64,000 nucleotides of DNA, taken from positions 64,001-128,000 of the forward strand of contig CAVPRW010000007.1 of NCBI GenBank assembly GCA_963707985.1, written 5' to 3'. Of this stretch, positions 32,632-42,899 are shown piece after piece. Numbering within the stretch: the stretch's first letter is position 1; each line of letters starts with the position of its first letter. The notes beneath the pieces were generated by a model that saw only the letters and a program-made list of their open reading frames with translations, did not search any database and was not told where the DNA came from. Origin of the DNA: an uncultured Nitrospinota bacterium. GTDB lineage: Bacteria > Tectomicrobia > Entotheonellia > J063 > CAVPRW01. The translations under genes and the position numbers were made by a program.

Positions 32632-33402
32632 ATGAACACTGCGAGTATCGCGACGACGAGCTCTGTACAAGCCGAACGACGACCAGCAGTCGCCTTTCTC
32701 ATGGCCTCGCTGCTGACCAGCTACCCCGACGCGCAATTTACCCATTGTCTCAGCGCCGTGTTCGACGATATGCCGCTTGATCCATGCTGCGCCGTTGACG
32801 ACCCTGGGAGGTGGCGACATATTCGCGAGCGCGTGGAAGTGGTGCTGGCTTCCGCAGTAGCCCTCGATACGCTGCGCTCTGAATATATTGAGATTTTTGA
32901 TCGTGGACACAACTCCTTGTACGAGACGGAGTATGGGCGTGAGCATGCGCTGGTTAAAGGTAATGCACTGGCCGATATTGCCGGGTTCTACCGGGCCTTC
33001 GGCCTGGACTTCGGCCGTGACGAGGCGGTGCATGAAATGCTCGATCATGTGTCCGTCGAGCTGGAGTTCTATGCTCTCCTGCTCATGAAGCAGGAGGCGC
33101 TTGCCGCTGGCGCCGATGCAGAGGGACAGGCGATTGTGTTCGAGGCGCGGCAAAAGTTTCTCGACGCGCACCTGGGCCGTTTTGTTAGGGCCATCGCCAC
33201 ACGTCCCAGGGTGACGGCGAGCGCATTCTATGGACCTGTTTTGGCCTGGTGCCAACATTTGGTGGCGCAAGAATGTACATGGTTGGGCATCTCCCCGGTG
33301 TCCGTGGATTGGCTGAGTACATGCGACGAACAGGAGGAGATGAGTTGCGGAGGGAACTGCACTTTTCTCGAAGGCCATCGTGGTCCGGTCCCGGCGAGGT
33401 AA
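32632..33402 (+). CDS. TorD/DmsD-family molybdoenzyme chaperone
   Basis: LYETEY, DIAGFYRAFG, DHVSVELEF, FLDAHLG. Confidence 0.88.
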   Translation: MNTASIATTSSVQAERRPAVAFLMASLLTSYPDAQFTHCLSAVFDDMPLDPCCAVDDPGRWRHIRERVEVVLASAVALDTLRSEYIEIFDRGHNSLYETEYGREHALVKGNALADIAGFYRAFGLDFGRDEAVHEMLDHVSVELEFYALLLMKQEALAAGADAEGQAIVFEARQKFLDAHLGRFVRAIATRPRVTASAFYGPVLAWCQHLVAQECTWLGISPVSVDWLSTCDEQEEMSCGGNCTFLEGHRGPVPAR

Positions 33403-33628
33403 AGTCGGAAAACACGGTAAGCCTGGGTCGCTGTCATACGTTCAGGCCGACGGGACTCATGGGTACTGCATCCGTGGCCGCCGGGTGCCGTGCAGGAATC
33501 GATACCATTAAACTGGTGCAAGCTGACTCGGCGGTCGAGCTGAAGAGTCTGCTGCAAGGAGTCCGAGTAGATCTTCATGACGGTAGTTTACAGCTTTGTC
33601 CTGGGTACACAATAGGGGGTACTTCATC

Positions 33629-34711
33629 ATGCATCTTGGGTTGGTCATGGAATGCGATTATCGTGAGGGTGCGACGCAGGAAGAGGCATTTGATGAGGTC
33701 TCCACTCTCATGGACATGGCGGAGACCTTGGGGCTGGATGGCATCTGGTTGGCGGAGAGGCACTTCGCTGCCCGTGGTGGGCCGCTTGACGCCTTTGGCG
33801 CCGGCATCCCATCGGTTGCCTCCGCGCCCCTCATTATGGCCACGGCCATTGCCGCCCGCACACAACGATTGCGAGTGGGCATTGCCGTGACCGTCCTGCC
33901 TCTCTACCATCCCATCCGCCTCGCCGAAGAAGCCGCCACCGTCGATCAAATCAGCCGGGGTCGTCTAGATTTCGGGGTCGGTCGAAGTGGCTTCCCCAGA
34001 GCCTACGCAGGTTATTCCATCCCCTATGGGGAAAGCCGTGAGCGCTTTCGGGAAGCGCTCGAGATCATCTTGAAAGCCTGGACTGAAGAGCGTTTCTCCT
34101 ACGCGGGGAAACACTACACGGTCAACGATGTGTGTGTGCTGCCGAAGCCCTATCAGAAACCGCACCCTCCGATCCGTGTCGCTGCGACCACACGGGACAC
34201 CTTCCCCCGAGTTGGCCGTATGGGTTATCCGATCTTCGTCGGCCTACGTGGGTTCGACGTTCCCGAGGTCGCCTATCAACTCGGGGTGTATCGCAAGGAA
34301 TGGCAGGAGGCAGGCCACGCGGGTCAGGGTGACGTCTACATGCGGATCCCCGTGTACGTCGCTGAGACGGCGGCCCAGGCACGCTTAGATCCCGAGGTCA
34401 GCACTATGCGTTCCTACCAGCGCCTGGCTCAAACGTTCGCCGGCTCAGCACAGGCTGCTGGAACGACCGGCTCCGAAGAGCGGTCTGAGAGGGCCCAACG
34501 TCTGGCCAAGGTCAGTTATGATGCACTGCTGCGCGACCGACTGGCCTATGGGACCCCAGAAATGGTGGTGGAGCGACTTACCCAGTTGCGCGAGGAGTTG
34601 GGGCTTTCCGGCGTCATCATCGAACCCAATGTCGGAGGCTACATCCCTCAGGAACTGGTCTTTAAGTCGGTACGCCTCTTCGCCCAGGAAGTTGTCCCCA
34701 GGTTGCGGTGA
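33629..34711 (+). CDS. LLM-class flavin-dependent oxidoreductase
   Basis: WLAERHF, HPIRLAEEAATVD, PKPYQKPHPP. Confidence 0.9.
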   Translation: MHLGLVMECDYREGATQEEAFDEVSTLMDMAETLGLDGIWLAERHFAARGGPLDAFGAGIPSVASAPLIMATAIAARTQRLRVGIAVTVLPLYHPIRLAEEAATVDQISRGRLDFGVGRSGFPRAYAGYSIPYGESRERFREALEIILKAWTEERFSYAGKHYTVNDVCVLPKPYQKPHPPIRVAATTRDTFPRVGRMGYPIFVGLRGFDVPEVAYQLGVYRKEWQEAGHAGQGDVYMRIPVYVAETAAQARLDPEVSTMRSYQRLAQTFAGSAQAAGTTGSEERSERAQRLAKVSYDALLRDRLAYGTPEMVVERLTQLREELGLSGVIIEPNVGGYIPQELVFKSVRLFAQEVVPRLR

Positions 34712-34816
34712 GATGGCACCAACGGTGAGCATGGGGCCTCGTATCCCTCTCAAGAGAGGGCCTTTCCAACTGCTCACGCACTGTCGCATAGTCAGGTCGC
34801 AGGAGGAGGGAATACG

Positions 34817-35245
34817 GTGCTTGTGCGCGATAAAATGACCCGAGACGTGATTACCATCACCCCGGATCAGAGCCTGCGTATGGCCAGGGAACGCATGCGC
34901 AAGCATAGCGTTCGCCGGCTGCCGGTCGTGCGGGACGGGCAGTTAGTAGGCATCGTAACGGATCGCGATGTGCGTCAGGCGTGGGCGTCACCCGCCACTT
35001 GCCTGTCGACCCACGAGCTACTCTATCTGCTCGATCGCGTCACGGTGGAAGAGGTGATGAGGCCGCAGCCGCTCTCGGTGACGCCAGAGGCATCCCTCGT
35101 GGAAGCCGCTCGCCTGCTACATGACCGCAAAATCGGTGGGCTTCCCGTCGTCGAAGGGGGGACAGTCGTCGGCATTATCACTGAAACGGACCTTCTAGGG
35201 GCCTTCATCGAAATGTTCGAATCCGACCGTCCTGGTCATCAGTAG
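34817..35245 (+). CDS. CBS-domain protein (AcuB-like)
   Basis: Two CBS repeats (LPVV...GIVTDRD; LPVV...GIITETD). Confidence 0.9.
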   Translation: MLVRDKMTRDVITITPDQSLRMARERMRKHSVRRLPVVRDGQLVGIVTDRDVRQAWASPATCLSTHELLYLLDRVTVEEVMRPQPLSVTPEASLVEAARLLHDRKIGGLPVVEGGTVVGIITETDLLGAFIEMFESDRPGHQ

Positions 35246-35501
35246 CGTACACCGTTGACTCACAGGCCGCCGCCCCATCCCAGAGGGGGCTCTCAGCTGG
35301 TAGGTGCTCACAGGTGTAGACCACAGCAATGGCTTGACATGAGGGAAGGGAGAGGGATATAGTCGTCCCGTATGCTAGGAGAGAGTTTTGTATTGTGAAA
35401 CATATGATGTGCGATGTACGTGACGAGCACCCGCCGAATGCGTGAGCCGACGCTGAACAAACGTCGGCTCGCTTCCCCAGCCACCAATGCAGGAGGAATG
35501 T

Positions 35502-35951
35502 ATGCCAACGTATGTTGACCCGAATGCCTGTAACGCCTGCACTGGAGTGCACCAGGGGCCATTGTGCGTCTACATCTGCCCCAACGATTTGATGGTCCTG
35601 GACCCTGGCTCCAACAAGGGCTTTAACCAGGAGGCGGAGATGTGCTCCGAGTGCTACGCTTGCGTCAAGCTCTGCCCCCAGAACGCGATTCATGTGCGAG
35701 GCTATGCCGACTTCGTGCCCCTGGGCGGGGAAGTGCAGCCCAGCTACGTAGACGGCGAGATTCAGTGGGACGTGACTTTCCGAGACGGGCGAAAGAAACA
35801 GTTCCGGTTTCCGGTGCGCACCACCCCGGTGGGATCAGCCAATGCCCACGAAGGTCTGTCGGAGCCCGATATGAGCCTGCTGCGCACCCCAATCCTGTTC
35901 GGCGAGCCGGGGAATCTGGAAGTCAGTAACGTGCCCACACCGAATCTATAG
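35502..35951 (+). CDS. aprB: Adenylylsulfate reductase beta subunit
   Basis: MPTYVDP..C..C, CVYICPNDLM, CSECYACVKLCP, VRGYADF, FPVRTT. Confidence 0.93.
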   Translation: MPTYVDPNACNACTGVHQGPLCVYICPNDLMVLDPGSNKGFNQEAEMCSECYACVKLCPQNAIHVRGYADFVPLGGEVQPSYVDGEIQWDVTFRDGRKKQFRFPVRTTPVGSANAHEGLSEPDMSLLRTPILFGEPGNLEVSNVPTPNL

Positions 35952-35968
35952 CGCGCGGAGAAGAGCAC

Positions 35969-37828
35969 ATGGCCGAGGTAGTTACTGAAGTGATTGAGTG
36001 CGACGTTCTGGTCGTCGGTGGAGGGATGTCCGGCTGTGGGGCCGCTGTGGAGGCCAAGTACTGGGGCAAAGACCTCAGAGTGATCATGGTGGACAAGGCG
36101 GCCACCGACCGCAGTGGCGCGACAGGTGAGGGCCTTTCCGCCATCAACTGCTATATGGGGATGAAATGGGGCTGGAATCGGCCAGAAGACTATGTTGAGT
36201 ACGTCCGCAACGACATGATGGGCATCACCCGGGAGGACCTGACCTATGACGTGGCCCGGCACGTGGACGGCACGGTCCACCTCTTTGAAAAGTGGGGTCT
36301 ACCCATCTGGAAGGATGAAGAGGGAAAGCCAGTCAGAGAAGGGCGCTGGCAGATCATGATCCACGGCGAAGCCATCAAGCCCATCATCGCCGAAGCCACC
36401 AGGAATGCCCTGGGGGCCGAGAACATGTACCAGAGGGTGTTTATCAGCCACCTGCTCACCGATGCCAATGATCCTAACCGCGTGGCCGGCGCCATGGGAT
36501 TCGGTGTCAGGGACAACAAAATCTACATCTTCAAGGCCAAGGCGGTCATCAGCGCGGCCGGGGGGACTACCGCCCTCTTTCGACCGCGCAACGTCGGCGA
36601 AGGCCTGGGTCGCACCTGGTACTCCATCTTCGATACCGGCTCGGTGTACGGCATTATCATCCCCATCGGGGCAGAAATGACTCAGATGGAGCACCGCTTC
36701 GTCCCCAGCCGCTTCAAAGACAGCTATGGACCAGTGGGCGCCTGGTCTCAACTATTCCGAGCTGACCTGACCAACGCCGCAGGAGAAAACTACTTCGTAA
36801 ATCGGCTGGCGGAGTTGAAGAAGTACGACCCCTACGGCTCTGCCTTTCCCACACCGACACCCCTGAGAAATCATCTGCTGTGGACGGAAATTTTGGCTGG
36901 GCGTGGCCCCATTTATTTAAGGACTCCAGAAGCGATAGAAAAACTGGCTGCTGGCGATCCCCAGAAGCGCCAACGGGTCATTGAGGAAGCCTGGGAAGAC
37001 TTTCTGGATATGACCATCTCCCAGGCGGTCCTGTGGGCAGCCCAGAACATCGCCCCCGAAGAAAAACCCTCCGAAGTGGTCCTGGCCGAGCCCTACATCA
37101 TGGGCTCCCATGCGGGCGAGGCTGGAGCCTGGGTGAGTGGCCCCCAGGACGTGGCTCCGCCAGAATATCAGTGGGGCTATAGCAAGATGACAACGGTCAC
37201 GGGGCTGTTTGCCGCGGGGGATGGGGTTGGGGCGTCCCCACACAAGTTCTCCTCCGGCTCCTTCACCGAGGGACGCCTGGCTGGCAAGGCGGCAGTCATT
37301 TTTGCCCTGGATCACTCCACTGGCGCCACCCTGGATCAGTCCAGAGTGGAGGCGCTGAAACGGGAAATCTGGCAGCCTTTTGATACCTTTGAGCAATACA
37401 AGGGGGCTTCCTCCAATCCAGACGTGAACCCCTATTTCATTGCCCCCCGACAAGGGTTGTTTCGCCTCCAGAAGCTCATGGACGAGTACGCCGCCGGTGT
37501 GTCGACCGGGTTCACCACCAATGAGGCCACCCTGCTGCGGGGGCTGGAGCTCATGGGGATGCTCAAAGAGGACTTAAGCCGGATGGCGGCTCGAGACCAG
37601 CATGAGCTGCTGCGCTGCTGGGAGTTGGTGCACCGGGCCTGGGTGGGCGAGGCCCACATGCGCCATCTGCTGCACCGCCAGGAGACCCGCTGGCCCGGTT
37701 ATTATTACCGGACTGATTATCCGGATATGGACGAAGCCAACTGGCGGGTCTTCGTCAATTCTCGATATGACCCCCAGACCGGCGCATGGAGCGTGTTTAC
37801 CAAGCCGTACATCCAAATATTCAAGTAA
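35969..37828 (+). CDS. aprA: Adenylylsulfate reductase alpha subunit
   Basis: GGGMSGCG, GLSAINCY, WQIMIHGE, WEDFLDM, HKFSSGSFTEGR, ETRWPGYY. Confidence 0.95.
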   Translation: MAEVVTEVIECDVLVVGGGMSGCGAAVEAKYWGKDLRVIMVDKAATDRSGATGEGLSAINCYMGMKWGWNRPEDYVEYVRNDMMGITREDLTYDVARHVDGTVHLFEKWGLPIWKDEEGKPVREGRWQIMIHGEAIKPIIAEATRNALGAENMYQRVFISHLLTDANDPNRVAGAMGFGVRDNKIYIFKAKAVISAAGGTTALFRPRNVGEGLGRTWYSIFDTGSVYGIIIPIGAEMTQMEHRFVPSRFKDSYGPVGAWSQLFRADLTNAAGENYFVNRLAELKKYDPYGSAFPTPTPLRNHLLWTEILAGRGPIYLRTPEAIEKLAAGDPQKRQRVIEEAWEDFLDMTISQAVLWAAQNIAPEEKPSEVVLAEPYIMGSHAGEAGAWVSGPQDVAPPEYQWGYSKMTTVTGLFAAGDGVGASPHKFSSGSFTEGRLAGKAAVIFALDHSTGATLDQSRVEALKREIWQPFDTFEQYKGASSNPDVNPYFIAPRQGLFRLQKLMDEYAAGVSTGFTTNEATLLRGLELMGMLKEDLSRMAARDQHELLRCWELVHRAWVGEAHMRHLLHRQETRWPGYYYRTDYPDMDEANWRVFVNSRYDPQTGAWSVFTKPYIQIFK

Positions 37829-37935
37829 TCCTGGATGAAGACGCCTCAGGTTCAGTCCACGGGCGGATGGTACAGGCCACCCGCCCTGTGGAGGACTCGC
37901 TTGGGGGCAGGCATGGCGAGGGTGTGCAGGTTTTT

Positions 37936-39165
37936 CTAGTCACCCACAGCAGCGCTGGTGAGTTTGCCCCTTTTGGCTGCGGCGGCGTCGGCTTCCTGGA
38001 AGTCGACATCGGTGAAGCCGTAGAGATGCGCACCACCCATGAAAATCTGCGCCGCCATGTCGCGCGGGACGGTTTTGAGCAGGTTATTCGAGACGTTCGG
38101 GAAGTTGGAGTCGAAGTGCGGGTAGTCCGTCGAGATACACATCCGATCGGCGCCAATGAGCCCGGCCGTCGCCTCAATCTCCGGTTCGCTCCCTTCCACC
38201 GCTGCCCAGCAGTTGTGCCGAAAGTATTCCTTTGGGGTCAGGGAGAGGTAGGGTGCGTGCGAGTCACGGTACTGGGGGTAGTCCCACTCAATGCGCGACA
38301 ACAGCCCGGGCACCCATGAGTTTTGGGCTTCCAGGAAGCCGACCCGAAGCTTGGGATGGAACTCAAACACGCCCCCGATGAGCATGGCGATTAGGGCCTG
38401 CTGCATCTCGATCCAGTGGCTGGCCACGTGCCGATAGAAGCGGTTTTCGCCGTACAAGACATTCATCTGGGAATACCAGGCACCGGTGCCCTCGTGGAAC
38501 CCCCAGGTCACATCGAGCTCTTCATGCAGGCTGTAGAGTGGGTCCCAGTAATTCGAGTGCCAATAGTGGCCATTCACGAGATTGGGGCGGAGAAAGGATC
38601 CCACAGCCCCGAGCTCGTTGACGCAACGCAGCAATTCCTGGCAGGCCAGATTCACGTCGTGCAGGGGCAGCATGGCCGCGAATTTCAACTGGTTGGGGCT
38701 ATACTGGCAAAACTCATGGATCCAGTTGTTGTAGGCCTGGCAAAGAGCCAGGGAGAGGTGTGGGTCCATATGGTCGCGGGCGATCAGGCTGAGGCCGACG
38801 GTGGGGAAAAGGACGGCGATATCCACGCCCTCTATCTCCATGCCCATCACCTGTGCTTCGGCATTGTAGTTGCGCTCAATGGCAAAGTCCAGCCGGCCCG
38901 CTTCGGCGATCCTGGACCCCGAGAGGGGCTGCGTGCTATCGCTGCGTTGAGCGCTGGAACGACTCCGCTTGCGGTACTGTTGCAGCTCGCTGTCCATCGA
39001 TGTAGGTAGGCCGTCAATGACCAGCATGCCGCGACGTGGGCGCCCGTCTGCGCCGGTCGGCAGGATCACGCGATCCTTAAATTTTGGGTCCAGATATTTC
39101 TCAAAGAGGTCCGGTGGTTCCATGATATGCATGTCGCAGTCAACAAATCTCAGTCCATCTTTCAT
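37936..39165 (-). CDS. Amidohydrolase_2 family protein
   Basis: DCDMHIMEP, FHEG, STDYPHFD. Confidence 0.88.
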   Translation of the reverse strand: MKDGLRFVDCDMHIMEPPDLFEKYLDPKFKDRVILPTGADGRPRRGMLVIDGLPTSMDSELQQYRKRSRSSAQRSDSTQPLSGSRIAEAGRLDFAIERNYNAEAQVMGMEIEGVDIAVLFPTVGLSLIARDHMDPHLSLALCQAYNNWIHEFCQYSPNQLKFAAMLPLHDVNLACQELLRCVNELGAVGSFLRPNLVNGHYWHSNYWDPLYSLHEELDVTWGFHEGTGAWYSQMNVLYGENRFYRHVASHWIEMQQALIAMLIGGVFEFHPKLRVGFLEAQNSWVPGLLSRIEWDYPQYRDSHAPYLSLTPKEYFRHNCWAAVEGSEPEIEATAGLIGADRMCISTDYPHFDSNFPNVSNNLLKTVPRDMAAQIFMGGAHLYGFTDVDFQEADAAAAKRGKLTSAAVGD

Positions 39166-39419
39166 GATACCCTCCGATCACGGATGACACGGCCCGAAGC
39201 TTCTGAAAGAAGTGCAGGAAGGCCACATGTACACCGAGAATAACAAGCGGTTTGGAATCTCCCACTCTCCCTGATAAACGGCTTGACAGCGAAAATTCGA
39301 CGGGGATATAGTGGTCTCGCATTGTAGAATAACATTTCAATATACGCAACCAACATCGGTCGCGTCTCGAACATCGGCCTGTGCTCAGCGGAGAAGGCCA
39401 TCGAGGCAGGAGGAACCTG

Positions 39420-40004
39420 ATGATGAGCAGAGGCTACACCTTGGACGAATTTATCCACGACATGAATGCACTGGTGGACAGTGGGGTCGATCAAGCGACG
39501 ATCTTTGACCGAGGAGCCTCTTGGCTGGAGCGACTCATCCGCGACCCCGAGTGCATTCCCCCGGAGTATCGGGTACCTTACGGCACAGGGCCACGCCCGA
39601 ATCATGGGTCGTACTTGCTGCACCGCTCCCCGAACGGCATGCTGATCACCGCCGTTGTCTGGGGGCCGGGAGACCATACGGGCCCCCACGACCACCACAC
39701 TTGGGGGATGATCGGGGTGATGAACAATACCCTACAGGAGACCCGCTTCCGCCGGCTGGACGAGGCGTCGCAGCCGGACTATGCTCGGCTGGAGAAGGAC
39801 CGTGTCAGCGTCTTCAAACCCGGGGAGATCTCGCTGCTCATTCCTGGGGTCGATGAAATCCATCAGATGGACAATCCCGGTGACCGCCCCACGGTGGAGA
39901 TCCACGTCTACGGCCAGGACCTGGCGGGACTGCAGCGATGCCGCTTCGACCTTGCCACAGGCCAAGTGCGCTCGTTTATGACGGAGAAGTACGATAACGA
40001 ATAG
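39420..40004 (+). CDS. Cysteine/thiol dioxygenase family cupin
   Basis: WGPGDHTGPHDH, EIHQMDN, IHVYG (3-His motif). Confidence 0.82.
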   Translation: MMSRGYTLDEFIHDMNALVDSGVDQATIFDRGASWLERLIRDPECIPPEYRVPYGTGPRPNHGSYLLHRSPNGMLITAVVWGPGDHTGPHDHHTWGMIGVMNNTLQETRFRRLDEASQPDYARLEKDRVSVFKPGEISLLIPGVDEIHQMDNPGDRPTVEIHVYGQDLAGLQRCRFDLATGQVRSFMTEKYDNE

Positions 40005-40059
40005 CTGCCTGCCGGCGCCGTGGCTGATGCCTCGGAGCCTGCTACACATGGGTTGCATA

Positions 40060-40200
40060 GGCGGTGACCTCCTGCAGCCTTTTCGAATACTGTCCTTCCC
40101 ATGCCCGTTGGTATCCGCTGGGTCGTGGAGGATCTCCTGGCAGGATGCCTGCCAGGTATTCATCCCTGTCTGCCAGTGCCGGAAAGGGTGTCACTCTTAT
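40060..40200 (-). pseudogene. Collapsed paralogous remnant: LigB N-terminus fused to VOC C-terminus
   Basis: Nucleotide and peptide similarity to 49790-49860 and to 47950-48010. Confidence 0.7.
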
Positions 40201-40494
40201 CGGCGCTGTGTGAAGGGATTGGGGGGAGGTTCGCGAGCCCAGCCGAGAAACCGAACGACAATCTGCGCCCGCGGCGGCTCGGGCAGGCAGCGGTGTAGTC
40301 CCAGTACCCAGCGGCAGCCTGCTACAGCGGCATGGCTCAAGGTGGAGCACGGCCCAGTACGGCTTGGACATGCCGCTCAGGATAGGTTACGGTAGAGAGT
40401 CTCATCCAAAGGTCGTGCGATCCCGGAGGCATTGTGGAGATAGTTCCCGACTGTATGGTCAGCGTTCACTGATGCCGGCCGCGCTCACGCAACA

Positions 40495-40700
40495 ACGTAG
40501 CGGCACGCGGATGCGTGGCAGGCGCTGCCGCAGTGTCATGGCCCAGACCTCATAACGTCCGTGCTGGCCGCCGCGATGCAGGCAGACCAGATAGTCCCAG
40601 ACACCTCTTGTGATCAGATTTTCTCGCGGTGCGGCAACGGTGTGGTCGCCGTAGCATAGGCGGTCGATCTCGATGAGGTGCGTCGGGCTTTGACTGTTAT
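40495..40700 (-). pseudogene. DUF4058-family fragment
   Basis: Manual translation HLIEID...WDYLVCLHR...LRQRLPRIRVPL. Confidence 0.55.
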
Positions 40701-41034
40701 ATCAACGGCGACGTTGTCGCGTTAGCGCGTGCAATACCCGCACATGCTACACGTCCCGTGCACAAGGCGCACGCGGTATGCACTGATGTCCGGGAGGCCG
40801 TACGAGATGCCTGCACTGTGGGTATGCTATTCAGGCGGGGATGAAATTCTACCCTCGCTGGCGTCTATGCCGCCCTACCTGGCCGACAAGAAGATTCTAA
40901 CGTCTTACCAAGCCTACACCCTTCCATCGAGCAGGTGTTAGGAGAAGCGCAGGCGTTTCGAAAGCAGGTAAAAGGACAGGGCTGAGACGTATCCCATGCC
41001 CGATAAGTCTGCCATTGTTGAGTCAAGATTGCTC

Positions 41035-41700
41035 TAAGAAGAGGGACTCAGATCGTACACCTGCTGGAACAGCGGCGAATGGTACAGGCCAATGCGTAAC
41101 TCTGTGTGCAGCAGGCTTGCCTTGACCCGATCGATGACCGCACGGGTAATACGATACGCTTGTCGGGCCTGCTTGTGCCGTTTGGCTGCGGCATGGAGTT
41201 GTCTCATGGCGAGATGGGTCTTCCAGAACTGTGTCGGGTTACCGATCGCCTGCGCCAGCGGCAGGGCCTGACGCAGCCAGCGCTCCGCTTCGTCCCACCG
41301 TCGGCGAGCGAGAGCGACCTCGCCCCGCAGCCGCCAGCCTTTGACGAGATCCTTCCGTGAGGTGGTATGCGTGGCGATGTCCAGGCTCTGGTGGTACGAG
41401 CTTGTTCATAGTCCCCCTGACCGACCAGAACGATACCACCAACAAAAAGACTGCGCAGGAGCTCTATCAGCAGGTTGTGCTCGCGAGCGATCTGCTGGCC
41501 ACCGGGTTCGAGGCGCATGACCTCACCAAACTCCCCCTGCCAATTCTTCAGAAATCCGGCAAAGACAAGCGATGTAGCCTGGCGGGCAGCGTCACCCACC
41601 ATACGGCTAATGGTAAAGGTGCGTTTGAGATCTTCCTCCGCCTGATCGAGCTGACCGATGATCGCATGGACGGTGCCGATGGTGCGTTCCACAACGTCCG
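41035..41700 (-). pseudogene. Fragments of a TPR-type regulator C-terminus
   Basis: LVKGWRLRGEVALARRRWDEAE..AQAIGNPTQFW and upstream TPR-like pieces in broken frames. Confidence 0.5.
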
Positions 41701-42213
41701 CGACTCTGGGCGGTGGAGTCCTGTCCATCGGCCCCTCCTGCACCAGCTCCAGCGCTGCCTGGCGGGGTACGCAGCCGACCCCCCGCCTCCCTCTCCCGAA
41801 CCAACGCCGCATGCGACCGATGCCTGCTGCCCACCCTGCCGCGCGGGTCACCTGTGTCCATCCTGCGGTCAGGGCCTCCTCGTCGTGATCCGCCTGCTCC
41901 CGCGGTACCAGCGGAGGCTACCATGAGCCCTAGAGCCACCATGTGGCCTCCCCATGCCGGCATCAGCGGAGTCGCCGGCTCCCAGAACCGTGGCCTCCTC
42001 CCACCCGTGTGCCCTCCTCCCGGCAACCATGGCCGCGAGCCCAGTTCTCCCTCACCCTGCTGCGCTCGGATCCCATCCGGCGTCCAGGTCCTTACCCCTC
42101 TGCCCACCTCAGTGGATCACCGCTCCCCCCCGCAGCATCTCACGAATGTGCTTCCCAATGGGCGCAGGCTGTCTTAAAATTCCATACGGGCTGGAGCTGC
42201 GGTTCCGTTCAAC
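41670..42213 (+). mobile_element. IS91-family remnant (transposase C-terminus and end)
   Basis: Degenerate GFHKVRYYG-like FHNVRDSG, CPSCGQG zinc knuckle, terminal GTTCAAC. Confidence 0.5.
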
Positions 42214-42289
42214 AGCGTTTTTGTGTCGGCTCCGCGCCACAAAAACGCTCATTCGTTCGGCAATTATTCTCAGATAAGGAGGACATCAT

Positions 42290-42868
42290 ATGAGTGCAAG
42301 TAATGCACACGAGGCTTGGGTAGCCCTCCCTTCGGACGATGAGTTTAGGGCAACGCTGAAGGGTCAGACTCACCCATACGAAACCTTTATGGGAGGTGTG
42401 GTTCCACACATGGGCCGTCTGATCATAGCCCATGACCTCATCGGTCAAGCCCTGGTCGCCCTGGGCAGCGTCGTGCTCTTCGGTCCCGGCACCCTGTCGC
42501 GTGCAGAGCGCGAAATGGTCGCCGCCGTTACGTCGGCAGCCCAGGATTGTGCGTACTGAACGCAGCATCACGCAGAGTTTCTGCGTCTCGAAGGGGGCAG
42601 TCCGGTGCTGACTCAGGCGATCAAGGAGGGTCGCTGGCGAGAAGTAGAAGGACTGACGGAGCGCCAGCGGGCACTGTGTACGGTAGCGGAAAAACTCAGT
42701 GCGACCCCGACTCGGATGACGCCAGAAGATTGGCAGCCGGTGCGGGCGCTTGGGTTTGACGACCGGGCCTGTCTGGAGGTGGCGCATCTCGTCGGGATGT
42801 TCAATTACTTCACCCGCTTAGCCGATGGGTTCGGTTTGCAACCGACAGAGGCTCAGTATTCCACCTAG
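42290..42868 (+). CDS. AhpD/CMD-like peroxidase, probable selenoprotein (CxxU, TGA 42557-42559)
   Basis: Two in-frame ORFs joined at CAY-TGA-TQHH; EREM..VTS, LEVAHLVGMFNYFTRLADG; downstream hairpin. Confidence 0.8.
42570..42586 (+). promoter_or_regulatory. Candidate bacterial SECIS hairpin
   Basis: ACGCAGA-GTT-TCTGCGT perfect 7-bp stem starting 11 nt after the UGA. Confidence 0.6.
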
Positions 42869-42899
42869 CCATTTTTGGGCTAGGTGTAGTAGGACTCTG

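Noticed and set aside
27094..33402. Canonical cytoplasmic narGHJI
   Set aside because: A TAT signal is present, FS0 lacks the NarG His-first motif, and there is no NarI membrane subunit
34745..34760. Hairpin CCCTCT-CAAG-AGAGGG as an intrinsic terminator
   Set aside because: Short stem with no clear U-tract
11398..38319. Long antisense or alternative-frame ORFs (e.g. 11398-12258, 12770-13621, 26992-27954, 32524-33378, 37786-38319)
   Set aside because: Shadow ORFs of well-supported genes in GC-rich DNA, with no motifs
40760..40985. Possible decayed DUF433-like gene
   Set aside because: Only scattered similarity across broken frames; not supportable
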